Positions 51,499-61,259 are shown, counted from the first letter of the stretch. The stretch: 64,000 nt of DNA from Promethearchaeota archaeon (GCA_019058445.1 JAHPZA010000006.1:256001-320000), one strand, 5' to 3'. Notes: generated by a model not told the origin, from the sequence alone. Translations and numbers: made by a program.

Positions 51499-52536
51499 TT
51501 ATCGAGAGACTCGTCCGGAAGTATCACCTTCCATTAATTTGTTAACTTCCTCTAAGCTAACTAAATTAAAATCGCCCAAGATGGTATGTTTTAAGCATGA
51601 TGCTGCTAAGGCAAATCTTAGAGCATAATAGGGATCTTCTTTTTTTGTTATCAGACCATAGATCAAACCCCCCATAAAGGAGTCACCGCCTCCCACTCTA
51701 TCTACGATATGAGTGATATCATATTGGGGGCCTATAAACATTTCCCTACCATCATAAAGAACTCCCGACCATGTATTATGACTTGCTGAGATAGAACCCC
51801 TTAGTGTAATGGCTATAAATTTGAGATTTGGATATCCCCGTTTCATTTCCTCTACTACATATTTGTATTTGGAAGCGTCAATTTTACCGGAAGATACATC
51901 AATATCAGGGGCTCTAATTCCTAAAACCTTATCTGCATCTTCTTCATTCCCGATTGCTACATCACAATATTTTACTAATTCAGGCATAACTTCGGAGGGT
52001 TCTTTTCCATATTTCCATAATTTACTTCTATAATTTAAATCACACGATATTATAATTCCTTTATTTTTAGCAATTTTCACCGCATCGAGACAAATATTTG
52101 CAAGATTCTGAGAAATTGCTGGAGTAATTCCTGTCCAATGAAACCATGTTACTCCATCAAAGATTTTATCCCATTCGAACATCTCAGGTGTAGCTGTTGC
52201 TATAGCAGAATGTGCTCTATCATAAATTACCTTGCTGGGGCGTGTTGAAGCTCCGATTTCAAGGAAATATATTCCTTGTCGCTCACCACCTCTTATAATT
52301 TTATTTGTATTTACTCCAAATTGTCGTAAGTATTGAATACAAGCCTCTCCAACTTCATTTTTCGGTAATCTTGTAACATAATCAACGGTTATTCCAAAAT
52401 TCGCTAATGATACAGCTACATTTGCTTCACCACCGCCATATATTACGTCAAACGTTCGAGCTTGTATTATTCGTTTAAAATTCGGAGGTGATAATCTTAA
52501 CATAATCTCTCCAAATGTTAACACTCTGGAATTCAA
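51499..52536 (-). CDS. kdgK: PfkB family sugar kinase, 2-keto-3-deoxygluconate kinase-like
   Basis: FGEIMLRLSP, GGGEANVA, DLNYRSKLW and DRVGGGDSF. TTG start with GGAGG SD. Confidence 0.85.
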   Translation of the reverse strand: MNSRVLTFGEIMLRLSPPNFKRIIQARTFDVIYGGGEANVAVSLANFGITVDYVTRLPKNEVGEACIQYLRQFGVNTNKIIRGGERQGIYFLEIGASTRPSKVIYDRAHSAIATATPEMFEWDKIFDGVTWFHWTGITPAISQNLANICLDAVKIAKNKGIIISCDLNYRSKLWKYGKEPSEVMPELVKYCDVAIGNEEDADKVLGIRAPDIDVSSGKIDASKYKYVVEEMKRGYPNLKFIAITLRGSISASHNTWSGVLYDGREMFIGPQYDITHIVDRVGGGDSFMGGLIYGLITKKEDPYYALRFALAASCLKHTILGDFNLVSLEEVNKLMEGDTSGRVSR

Positions 52537-52665
52537 ATTTCAATCCTCCAAAAAAATTATTTTAAAAATTATGCTTTATTGAAATTAAATAATTTTATTA
52601 AGATTTATGTTAATTATTAACTAATTTTATAAAGTTAATTTAGAATAAAAATCTGTGATTTAAGT

Positions 52666-54063
52666 ATGAATGCAAGAAATCAAGAGGAATATTCCAATAA
52701 GAAAGCTATTGGGTATAGCTTTGGGCAAGTTGCGGACGTCACAGCATATCAAAGTTTTGTCTTTTTAACCTTTACTTTTTATTTTACCATTGTAGGACTT
52801 CCTGTACTCTATATATCAATAGGCTTTATGATTTGGTCAGTATGGAACGCATTAAATGACCCTCTATTAGGCTATTTATCAGATAGAACTCATACGAAAT
52901 GGGGACGGCGCTATCCTTACATAATGGTGGGTATTATCCCTTTAGCTATTGTTATGTTTTTCGTATTTAGTCCTCCTAAAGTTTTCGGTGTAACTGATCT
53001 TGCCGTAAATTTAATCTTTTTTATCCTCATTATCATCATATTTGAGCTATTTTATACTATGTTCAGCTTAAATTTGACTTCTATGTTTCCAGAAGCTTTT
53101 ATAACCTTAGAAGAAAGAACAAAAGCTAATAATATAAGACAGACCTTTACGATTATAGCTTTATTATTCGCATTTCTCTTACCTGGTTTTATTATTCCAG
53201 ATTATAGTGATCCTAAGTATATTAGCGAATATTCTATTTTTGGAGTAACATTAACTATAATTGTTCTCATAACTGGTCTTATATTTTTAAAATTCGGCCC
53301 GAAAGAAAAACCTGAATTTCAAGAAGACTATAAAAACGCATTTAGTTTAGGAAAATCCATTAAAACATGCGTGAGAAGTAAGGCATTTAAACGCTATATT
53401 CCAACAGAAATCGCCGTATGGTTTGTATTTGGAATGGTTCCAACAATTCTTCCTTTATATGCAAAATTTGTTTTGGGGATAAATGACTCCTTATTAATTT
53501 CTCTAATGATAGGACTTACATTTATTTCAGCCGCAGTTTTTATAAATTTATTATGGAAACCAGTAGTACAAAAGGTAGGGCCTAGGAAAGCTTGGTTGTT
53601 GTCGATCATAATCTGGATTGTAACATTTATTCCGCTGATTTTTATAACTAATATAATTACTGGGTATATTATTTTCATAATTCTAGGAATGGGATTTGGA
53701 GGTACTTTATATATAATTGATATTGTTGTTGCAGATATCATAGATGAAGATGAGTTAATAACAGGTATGCGCAGGGAAGCGGGATATTATGGCGTAAATG
53801 CTCTTTTTCTTCGATTTACCACAATTTTAGTTTTTCTTGCTATAAGTCTTGTGTTTACTAATGTCGGATGGGAAATTTATGAACCGGAAAAAGTAACTCC
53901 GCAAGTCATCTTAGGATTAAGAATCTTAATGGCTGTTTTTCCTATAATTGCCTTATTAATTGGTTTTTTATCTATGTACAAATATCCCTTAGATGGAGAA
54001 AGGCTTAAAAATGTAAAGGAACGGTTAGAAGTACTTCACGCTGAGAAAAAATCAAAATTATAA
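52666..54063 (+). CDS. MFS transporter, GPH/MelB-like
   Basis: WNALNDP, WGRRYPY and TGMRREAGY. Confidence 0.9.
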   Translation: MNARNQEEYSNKKAIGYSFGQVADVTAYQSFVFLTFTFYFTIVGLPVLYISIGFMIWSVWNALNDPLLGYLSDRTHTKWGRRYPYIMVGIIPLAIVMFFVFSPPKVFGVTDLAVNLIFFILIIIIFELFYTMFSLNLTSMFPEAFITLEERTKANNIRQTFTIIALLFAFLLPGFIIPDYSDPKYISEYSIFGVTLTIIVLITGLIFLKFGPKEKPEFQEDYKNAFSLGKSIKTCVRSKAFKRYIPTEIAVWFVFGMVPTILPLYAKFVLGINDSLLISLMIGLTFISAAVFINLLWKPVVQKVGPRKAWLLSIIIWIVTFIPLIFITNIITGYIIFIILGMGFGGTLYIIDIVVADIIDEDELITGMRREAGYYGVNALFLRFTTILVFLAISLVFTNVGWEIYEPEKVTPQVILGLRILMAVFPIIALLIGFLSMYKYPLDGERLKNVKERLEVLHAEKKSKL

Positions 54064-54185
54064 TTGTTCTCTTTTTTTTATTTTTTTCCTTAATTTCTTT
54101 CGTTTTCAATATTATTTATTATCCTTTTTTGGAATCCCTTCAAATCGAAATAATTAAAAAATAATGAAGGTTCATAATATTACTG

Positions 54186-55088
54186 ATGTCAACTAAAAAC
54201 ATTTCTGAAAAGAGAGGTTTGATTTCAGCCAGCATTAATATTATAAGACCCATCAATTGCATAATGGGCTCTCTCACTATTATTATTGGACTGCTTAATA
54301 CGAGAACAGGGGTACCATTTAATATTTTACTTTTAAACATTTTTCTGGGAGTGTTAACCTATTTTTTTGTAGCAGCAAGTGGGATGATAATTAATGATAT
54401 ATATGATCTAGAAATTGATAAAATAAATAGACCTAATCGCCCTCTCCCCCGAGGTGAGTTAAGTTTATCTCAGGCTAAAATCTTATTTATTCTGACATTT
54501 GGAATCGGTATTTTATTATCAATATTTCATTGGCTATTATTTGCCCTAAGTGGTTTAAATGTAATATTAGTTATCTTTTTTGGCTTAATTGGATGGTTAT
54601 ATGCCGCATGGGGAAAAAAATCAGGTTTTTATGGAAATTTGATGGTAGCCGTATCATTTTCTATCGGGCTTATTTATGGAGCTGTGTTAAATAGCATTAT
54701 AATTCCAGTATACATTTATTATTTCTTTCTTACGTCATTTTTTCTCTTACTTTCCAGAGAAATTGTTAAAGGTTGCGAAGATATCGAGGGAGATAAGGAA
54801 GAAGGAGTAAGAACATTAGCAATTAAACTTGGAATTAAGAGAGCTACTATTTTTTCTATAGTTTTTGAAATCATGGCAATAATATTCTTTATACTACCCT
54901 TATTCACGGATATTATAAATCCTATGCTATTTTTGATTTCGATGATTTTCGGGTTGGCTGATGTAGCTGCAGCAGTATTTTTATCGTTACGTAAAAACTT
55001 AGAGAAAAAGGATTTTAAGAAAATTAGTCTCTTATTAAAAGTTGGAGCGTTGCTTGGCTTGGTTGCATTTATATTTGCGAGTATATAG
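54186..55088 (+). CDS. UbiA family prenyltransferase, DGGGP synthase
   Basis: IRPINC, NDIYDLEIDKINRPNRPLPRG and REIVKGCEDIEGD. Confidence 0.92.
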   Translation: MSTKNISEKRGLISASINIIRPINCIMGSLTIIIGLLNTRTGVPFNILLLNIFLGVLTYFFVAASGMIINDIYDLEIDKINRPNRPLPRGELSLSQAKILFILTFGIGILLSIFHWLLFALSGLNVILVIFFGLIGWLYAAWGKKSGFYGNLMVAVSFSIGLIYGAVLNSIIIPVYIYYFFLTSFFLLLSREIVKGCEDIEGDKEEGVRTLAIKLGIKRATIFSIVFEIMAIIFFILPLFTDIINPMLFLISMIFGLADVAAAVFLSLRKNLEKKDFKKISLLLKVGALLGLVAFIFASI

Positions 55089-55221
55089 CAATGCATACCC
55101 CATTGATAAATAAAACAAGCCAGATCTTCCTTAATTTACATTATTGTGGATAATGTTATTAAATTTAGAAAAGAAATTATACTTATTAATAAAATTTAAA
55201 TTTATAAATTTGGTGCGATCT

Positions 55222-56109
55222 ATGGAGCAAAAAAAAAGGCTAAATACTGTTATGATAGTGTTTATTATTTTATATATTATATTAGGTATTTTCGCATTAG
55301 TTCGAATTTTAGGAATGGAAAGAATTCCTGGTGTAGTACCTATTTCGGGGCTTCCTGAAGTTTACCATATGATAGTATTTTTCTTAATATTACCACTAAT
55401 CCTTTCTATCGCTGCAGTTTTAATATTTCCTAGATATATCCCTTCACTCCTCTTAAAAAGTAAAAAACTTGTTTATAAAGGCTATAAAGATGCATATATC
55501 GATATTGATTTTGATCCATTCAATGCAAAAAAGTTTTTTATACGTGCTGTATATGTGTTTCTCTTAGCATTGGGTCTTCTTGCCATAATCATACCTCTAA
55601 TGTCGGAGGAAGTGGCAAGGGCTTTTATTAATACAGGGGCCGTTGAGACATATATCAATGAAGGACTAGATCTTAGATTCGTCGGTATTGTTTTATTTGG
55701 AATAACTTTTGTAATTGTATTTCCGATTGTAATAGGATTATGGTCAGTTGGTTGGTCTCTTCAAGATGCTGGACTGGTTCACTATACTGGCTTGGAAGGT
55801 CAAAAAGAAAGGTGGGATAAGTTATTTGAGATAGAGCCTATTCACTCGAAATATAATAATTATCTTAAGGGTTATGCGGGAATTTCTTCTATTGTTTTTT
55901 TAATCTCACTTGTGGTGTATATTTCTGGATTTGAGGGAAGAACTGAAGATGCTATTATAGTAATTTTAACTCCAGCAATGTTAATAATTATGATGGTTCC
56001 ATCCTATATTGTATATGGGCTTTCTCAGCAAAAGTTTGAATATTTAAGAAAGGGACTTCCTAAAGCTAAAAAAATTGCTGAAGCAGAATTAATTGTAAAA
56101 CAAAATTAA
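55222..56109 (+). CDS. Hypothetical polytopic membrane protein
   Basis: About 6 hydrophobic segments. Start moved to ATG 55222, which has a GGTG SD. Confidence 0.75.
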   Translation: MEQKKRLNTVMIVFIILYIILGIFALVRILGMERIPGVVPISGLPEVYHMIVFFLILPLILSIAAVLIFPRYIPSLLLKSKKLVYKGYKDAYIDIDFDPFNAKKFFIRAVYVFLLALGLLAIIIPLMSEEVARAFINTGAVETYINEGLDLRFVGIVLFGITFVIVFPIVIGLWSVGWSLQDAGLVHYTGLEGQKERWDKLFEIEPIHSKYNNYLKGYAGISSIVFLISLVVYISGFEGRTEDAIIVILTPAMLIIMMVPSYIVYGLSQQKFEYLRKGLPKAKKIAEAELIVKQN

Positions 56110-57527
56110 CCATTTTTCCTTTTTTTTCCTATTTCTAAAATTTTATGAAAATCCTTTTTTTCTATAGCTTTTATAAGTTGTTTTTTGATTGCTCTCTCCA
56201 TATTCATAATGGGAAATGTCTCAATGAGACTTCGTACTTGAGTTAATCCTAAATATTTTCTAGTATATTCTGCTTTTGAATATTTATACGTGGTTAAAAA
56301 CTCGCTATCTAACTCATTTCTAAAGTACTCTAAAACAAAATTAAAATAATTTTTTAATAAGATTTGATCTTCAATGGAGATTTGAGGTTCTAAAAATATT
56401 TGTATAGGATGCGTGCGGTAAGTATTAGATGAAACGTAAATCCCTACTATATTGAAATCATCAGAGATAATACCTAACCCAACTCTTCCTTCGGCTGAAC
56501 CTTTATCTACGGTTTGAACATAGAGTATATTTGACTCAATTTTCTGCTTCAGATTATCATTTACGTATAATACTTTCTTTTTGTATTCATTATTCACATA
56601 TTCATTTGAATCTATTACTGATATCTGATTCTTACCTTTATTTTTGATTACTTCATCATTTAATAGATAATATTTTACCGATAAGGGATTTTTTGATTTA
56701 TTCGTCTCAAGAAATTCCAAGAACTCAGAACCGGCTCGATACTTATATTTTGGTTTTAAAACGTAGTGCTTATTTATAATATCTCTTTTATTCTTTATTT
56801 TTAACCCCTTAAACTTAAGAGTCTCATGTTTGGGCATACATTTTCTTTTAAAAAACCCTATACAAATGTTTGTTCCTGTAAACTCAAACATTTTGGTCTC
56901 AAATATTAGCATTTTAAGAATTTTATAACACTTTAAGAAGTCTAAACGAAATTTATTTGAAACTGAGGCTCCGAATAAAAAATTGGAGGGAATAATATAT
57001 ATTAAGTTCTTGAGATCATTTCTTAAATCATTCATCATGGCAATTTGGTATAAATCTTGATACCCATCATTTTGAGCTTCGAAATATCTTAAATACTTTT
57101 GAGTCTCTTCATGTTTGCGAATATATCCTAAATATAGATATGGAGGGTTAGTTATGTGGTATATCGGAAAAGCCTTGTTCAATAAGATTTTTGGAAAGTT
57201 ATCTAAATTATCCCTATAATTAATATTGTTTTGAGCGATTTTAGAGGGTATACCATAGTTTTTAGCATTAATTACACACTTCTGAACCATTTCTGGTTGT
57301 ACATCGAATAAATAAATACGATCTTTAAAAAAATCTATTCTTTTTTCGTTTGGTATGAATTCGAGAATAGGGAGTATTAGATTTCCTTCCCCCGCATAAA
57401 GATCAACCCAAAGAAACTCATATAATTTATCTTTAATCTCGGGAAATATATATTTCTGAAATACATCAATTGAAGTAATGTGAGCTCCAAATGTACGTCT
57501 AAAACTTCTTTTTTCAGGATCGCTTAT
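56106..57527 (-). CDS. Solitary N6-adenine DNA methyltransferase (gamma-like motif order)
   Basis: Motif I DLYAGEGNL precedes motif IV TNPPY; YIIPSNF and FEFTGTNI. Start uncertain (ATA 57527 or TTG 57560). Confidence 0.82.
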   Translation of the reverse strand: MSDPEKRSFRRTFGAHITSIDVFQKYIFPEIKDKLYEFLWVDLYAGEGNLILPILEFIPNEKRIDFFKDRIYLFDVQPEMVQKCVINAKNYGIPSKIAQNNINYRDNLDNFPKILLNKAFPIYHITNPPYLYLGYIRKHEETQKYLRYFEAQNDGYQDLYQIAMMNDLRNDLKNLIYIIPSNFLFGASVSNKFRLDFLKCYKILKMLIFETKMFEFTGTNICIGFFKRKCMPKHETLKFKGLKIKNKRDIINKHYVLKPKYKYRAGSEFLEFLETNKSKNPLSVKYYLLNDEVIKNKGKNQISVIDSNEYVNNEYKKKVLYVNDNLKQKIESNILYVQTVDKGSAEGRVGLGIISDDFNIVGIYVSSNTYRTHPIQIFLEPQISIEDQILLKNYFNFVLEYFRNELDSEFLTTYKYSKAEYTRKYLGLTQVRSLIETFPIMNMERAIKKQLIKAIEKKDFHKILEIGKKRKNG

Positions 57528-57657
57528 AGTATTTACCTCTTTCCAATTCTGCGTTCTCAAAAAATGAAATAATTTCTTACTTGAATTATAATAGATTTTA
57601 ATAATTAAGAATTCATATATTAAAGAGCTAATTTTCGGAAAAAAGAAGGAATTATAA

Positions 57658-58596
57658 TTATCGTTTACGGAGATATGATATTCTTTTAAGCTTTTCTGGA
57701 ATCTCTGCGAAGAAATTTTTATCAAGGGCATTAATTAGTGATCGATATTCCTCTAAATTCAAACCTTCAAATGGAAAAGCATAATCTCCAACTTCAATCG
57801 GTTCAGCATTAAACCAAACATCGTATCCATCATCAAATTCTTCAATCTCAAAAGATCTAAGCTCTTTTTGATCGAGCATAACAATCTCTCCATTTCTTTC
57901 TATTTTAATCGCATACTTTGGAATATCCACAAAATCAAAATAGTTATTAAAGATGGAATGAGAAATAACCTTCTTATTGGTGATGGTATATGAGTTTTTA
58001 TATTCTTTTATCTCCAATTCGCTAGCTTCTAGGTTTTTCTTTAATCTCTTTTTATATTTCTTATTTTTGAGTAATAATTTTAGCCAATTTTCCTTGAGAG
58101 AGAATAATGAACTTTTGCTCCAAATTATTTGTTCATCCACATCCAGTAAAGCTTTAATTTCTTCCAGTTTTGAATTAGAGTCTATTTTGGTTGTTAATAT
58201 CTTCGTTATCCTTGTCTCCTCTTTTTCAATATTTCTAAGGTATCGTTTATCTTCTAATTCCTCTTTGACGGTCATCGAGGAAAGTCCGAAAACATTCAGA
58301 AATTCTTCTAATTCTTCACCTTGATCTATGGTCACTGTTTTACAGCGTTTAAATCCCGCTTTCATTATATTTCCTTGAATTTCTGTGGCAATCCTAGCAC
58401 CTAAAAATCGTTTTCTTACTGGAGATCGTGCCCCTTTCCAAAAATAAATTCTATTAATGTCTTGGGCTATAATAATATAAGCATTTTCAGCATGTAAAAA
58501 ATCCCCTAAATCTTCTCTTTTTATCTCTAATTCTGTACAATCACCAGTTTCTTTAACATCAAAAACCATAAAGTCTTTGAATTCAATATCCTTCAT
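57658..58596 (-). CDS. Gelsolin-domain protein with a C-terminal extra (PH-like?) domain
   Basis: AYIII...RIYFWKGARS.VRKRFLGARIA...TIDQGEELEEFLNVF matches the gelsolin domain pattern. Confidence 0.8.
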   Translation of the reverse strand: MKDIEFKDFMVFDVKETGDCTELEIKREDLGDFLHAENAYIIIAQDINRIYFWKGARSPVRKRFLGARIATEIQGNIMKAGFKRCKTVTIDQGEELEEFLNVFGLSSMTVKEELEDKRYLRNIEKEETRITKILTTKIDSNSKLEEIKALLDVDEQIIWSKSSLFSLKENWLKLLLKNKKYKKRLKKNLEASELEIKEYKNSYTITNKKVISHSIFNNYFDFVDIPKYAIKIERNGEIVMLDQKELRSFEIEEFDDGYDVWFNAEPIEVGDYAFPFEGLNLEEYRSLINALDKNFFAEIPEKLKRISYLRKR

Positions 58597-58749
58597 TTTA
58601 ATCAATATCAGAGGTTTATGAATCCTCTAAATGAAAATAAATTAAATACATAAAAATGTTTTTAAATCGAAAGGTTAAGGTTGTAAACAATAAAATTCTT
58701 ATGAATAAAGGCATTACTTTCTTTAATAGGCTTACTTCAGACAGTTACA

Positions 58750-59574
58750 ATGAAATTAAATAAAACTTTGGAACAAAAATTACAACATCTCATTTCTGTT
58801 TTAAGAAATAAAAAAGTGGTTGTTGCCTTTTCGGGTGGCGTAGATAGCTCTTTGCTTGCCTTTCTTTCTAATAAATATGGAAAGGAGGCACTTCTTGTGA
58901 CTGAGCGTTCAATCCTTTATTTAGATGAAGATATTGAGGAAGCAGCTCATTTTGCTAAGAAATACCAGATCCCCCATATTTTTATTGATCTGGACCCTTT
59001 AGATGATGATAATTTTACGGAAAATCCTGCTAACCGCTGCTATATATGTAAAAAAGGATTATATTCTGAAATTATAAAGATTAAGGAAGAAAAAAATTTC
59101 GATCTAATTTTAGATGGCTCCAATTTAGACGATCTAACAGACTATCGTCCAGGTATGCAGGCTTTAAAAGAATTAAATATTTTAACTCCTTATATTGAAT
59201 TCAAAATTAATAAGGAAGAGATAAGGGAATTATCTAAATATTTTGAATTAAGCGTTCACTCTAAGCCTTCAATGGCCTGTTTTGCTTCACGAATTCCCTA
59301 TAATCAAGCGATTAATGAAAAAAAATTAATAATGATAAGAGAAGCTGAGAGATTTTTAAGAAATAGTTTTAATTTGAACCAATTAAGAGTAAGAATTCAC
59401 AATAATAATTTAGCACGAATCGAACTCGAAAAAGAAGATTTCTCTAAAGTATTGAAGAAAAGGAATTTAAACCTTATTACTAACAAATTTAAGGATCTCG
59501 GTTTCACTTATATAACTATAGACATCGAGGGTTTTCGTAGTGGCTCAATGAATTTACCAATTACTAAAAAATAG
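58750..59574 (+). CDS. larE: ATP-dependent sulfur transferase LarE family
   Basis: SGGVDS PP-loop, RCYICK, DYRPG, CFASRIPY and GFRSGSMN. Confidence 0.92.
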   Translation: MKLNKTLEQKLQHLISVLRNKKVVVAFSGGVDSSLLAFLSNKYGKEALLVTERSILYLDEDIEEAAHFAKKYQIPHIFIDLDPLDDDNFTENPANRCYICKKGLYSEIIKIKEEKNFDLILDGSNLDDLTDYRPGMQALKELNILTPYIEFKINKEEIRELSKYFELSVHSKPSMACFASRIPYNQAINEKKLIMIREAERFLRNSFNLNQLRVRIHNNNLARIELEKEDFSKVLKKRNLNLITNKFKDLGFTYITIDIEGFRSGSMNLPITKK

Positions 59575-59685
59575 GAGCTATTAAAATAGTAACTTAATTC
59601 AGTTCTAATGTAGAACCACTCAATCAAAAGAATTATTAATTATAAATGCAAATATTAATTATAAATAATAACTGAGGGTTATTTT

Positions 59686-60408
59686 TTGGCAGTTCCATTT
59701 TGGCGGTTTATTCTTGTTTACGTGATATATGCTTTCATCTGTGCCATTTTGATATTTATAAGCTACAATATATTAAAAAGGGATATTAGAGATCGATTAA
59801 ATCAATTTCTAGCCTCTTTTTTCTTATTCATAGTTTTTTCCTTAATCAATAATTTTATTTACGCTTCGATTTCCAATCCATCTTTACAACATGTTGCCAC
59901 ATTTTTACATATACTATCTGTTTATTTTATAACAGTAGCCGGAGGATTTTTGCTTTTATTTATTATTTTACTTTATAATCCTGAAGGTAAATTTTCTTCC
60001 TCCACATATCAAATCTTATTTCTCATTATTTATAGTATTATTGGCATTGGATCCTTTTTTATCCCTAATGGCGCAAAAGTTTCTATCTCACAGGATGGAA
60101 CTCAATTATATCCCGTGTGGAATTTATTCTTTTTTCTTTACTTTTTAGCTATTATGATTCCCAACATTATTGTATCTTTAATATATTCTATTAAAATTTA
60201 TAAAAAATTCCAAATCGAAGCATTAGCTAAAAGGATGAAATTCTTCCTTATAGGACTTTGTTGTGTTTATTATATGGGCCTCGGTGTTGGATTAACTAAT
60301 TATTTAAATATAGATTTAGTGAGAAATATCTTCACACTTACTCAAGCAATTCCGATAATTGGTGTATTATTAATATATTATAGCGTAGGGACTAGTTTAA
60401 GGAAGTAG
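59686..60408 (+). CDS. Stand-alone 7TM membrane protein (HisKA-7TM sensor-like), copy 1
   Basis: Seven hydrophobic helices and a beta-hairpin loop (DGTQLYPVWN) between TM4 and TM5. Confidence 0.75.
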   Translation: MAVPFWRFILVYVIYAFICAILIFISYNILKRDIRDRLNQFLASFFLFIVFSLINNFIYASISNPSLQHVATFLHILSVYFITVAGGFLLLFIILLYNPEGKFSSSTYQILFLIIYSIIGIGSFFIPNGAKVSISQDGTQLYPVWNLFFFLYFLAIMIPNIIVSLIYSIKIYKKFQIEALAKRMKFFLIGLCCVYYMGLGVGLTNYLNIDLVRNIFTLTQAIPIIGVLLIYYSVGTSLRK

Positions 60409-60509
60409 GATAAATAAATTAGCAGTAATAACATATGAATTTGCTTGAGTAAAAAGATTTAATAATTATTACATAATTTATTTAAATATTACTTAGAGAG
60501 GGTGTGTAA

Positions 60510-61259
60510 ATGGCAATAGACCCATGGCGATTCTATTTAATTTATATAATATTTGGATTTGTTTGCATATTCTTTTGTTTTATCAGTTATAAGGTTCTTA
60601 AACGAGATCCTAAAGATAAAATAAATCAATATTTTTCATTGTTTTTTATAACTGGATCAATTGGATTAAGTATTAATCTATTATATTCCAGCTTTTCAGA
60701 TCCCTCACTACAGCTTCTTGCTTCCTTTTTAAATATATTAACATGGTATTTTCTCTGTCTTAGTACTGGATTTTTATTATTATCCATCTTCTTATTGTAT
60801 CAACCTCAAAAAATAGTCAAAACCTTAAATCAGATAATTTTCATTTTAGCTTATAATGGAATCTTAAGCGTTTTATTTTTAATACCAGCTGGTGTAGAAG
60901 TGAAGATACTCCCAGATGGAACCCAGTTATACGCTGTATGGAATTTTTCATTTTTTATTTATATTCTGATAATTTTGTTAATTTCTTTTTCAATTAATTT
61001 TAGGTATTCCATTAAAATCTATAAACATTTAACAATTGAAGATTTGGCAAGAAAAATGAAATCTTTTATAATAGGAATGTCTATTTTTTATTACATTGCA
61101 ATAGGGGCATGCTTTACAAATTATCTCAATTTTCTAATATTGAGACAAATATATGCTATGTCATCCACTGTTATAATAATTGGGGTACTTCTAATTTATT
61201 ATGGAATGGGAACTGGAATTAAACGATCCTATAATTATCTTTCAAAAGAGTCCTACTAA
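60510..61259 (+). CDS. Stand-alone 7TM membrane protein, copy 2
   Basis: Tandem paralog sharing LKRD, NQ, PSLQ, DGTQLY.VWN, YSIKIYK and LLIYY. Confidence 0.75.
   Translation: MAIDPWRFYLIYIIFGFVCIFFCFISYKVLKRDPKDKINQYFSLFFITGSIGLSINLLYSSFSDPSLQLLASFLNILTWYFLCLSTGFLLLSIFLLYQPQKIVKTLNQIIFILAYNGILSVLFLIPAGVEVKILPDGTQLYAVWNFSFFIYILIILLISFSINFRYSIKIYKHLTIEDLARKMKSFIIGMSIFYYIAIGACFTNYLNFLILRQIYAMSSTVIIIGVLLIYYGMGTGIKRSYNYLSKESY

Noticed and set aside
57561-57731. Long N-terminal extension of the methyltransferase
   Set aside because: Overlaps the gelsolin gene and reads like AT-rich intergenic sequence.
59686-61259. Rhodopsin or heliorhodopsin interpretation of the 7TM proteins
   Set aside because: No retinal-binding lysine motif in helix 7.
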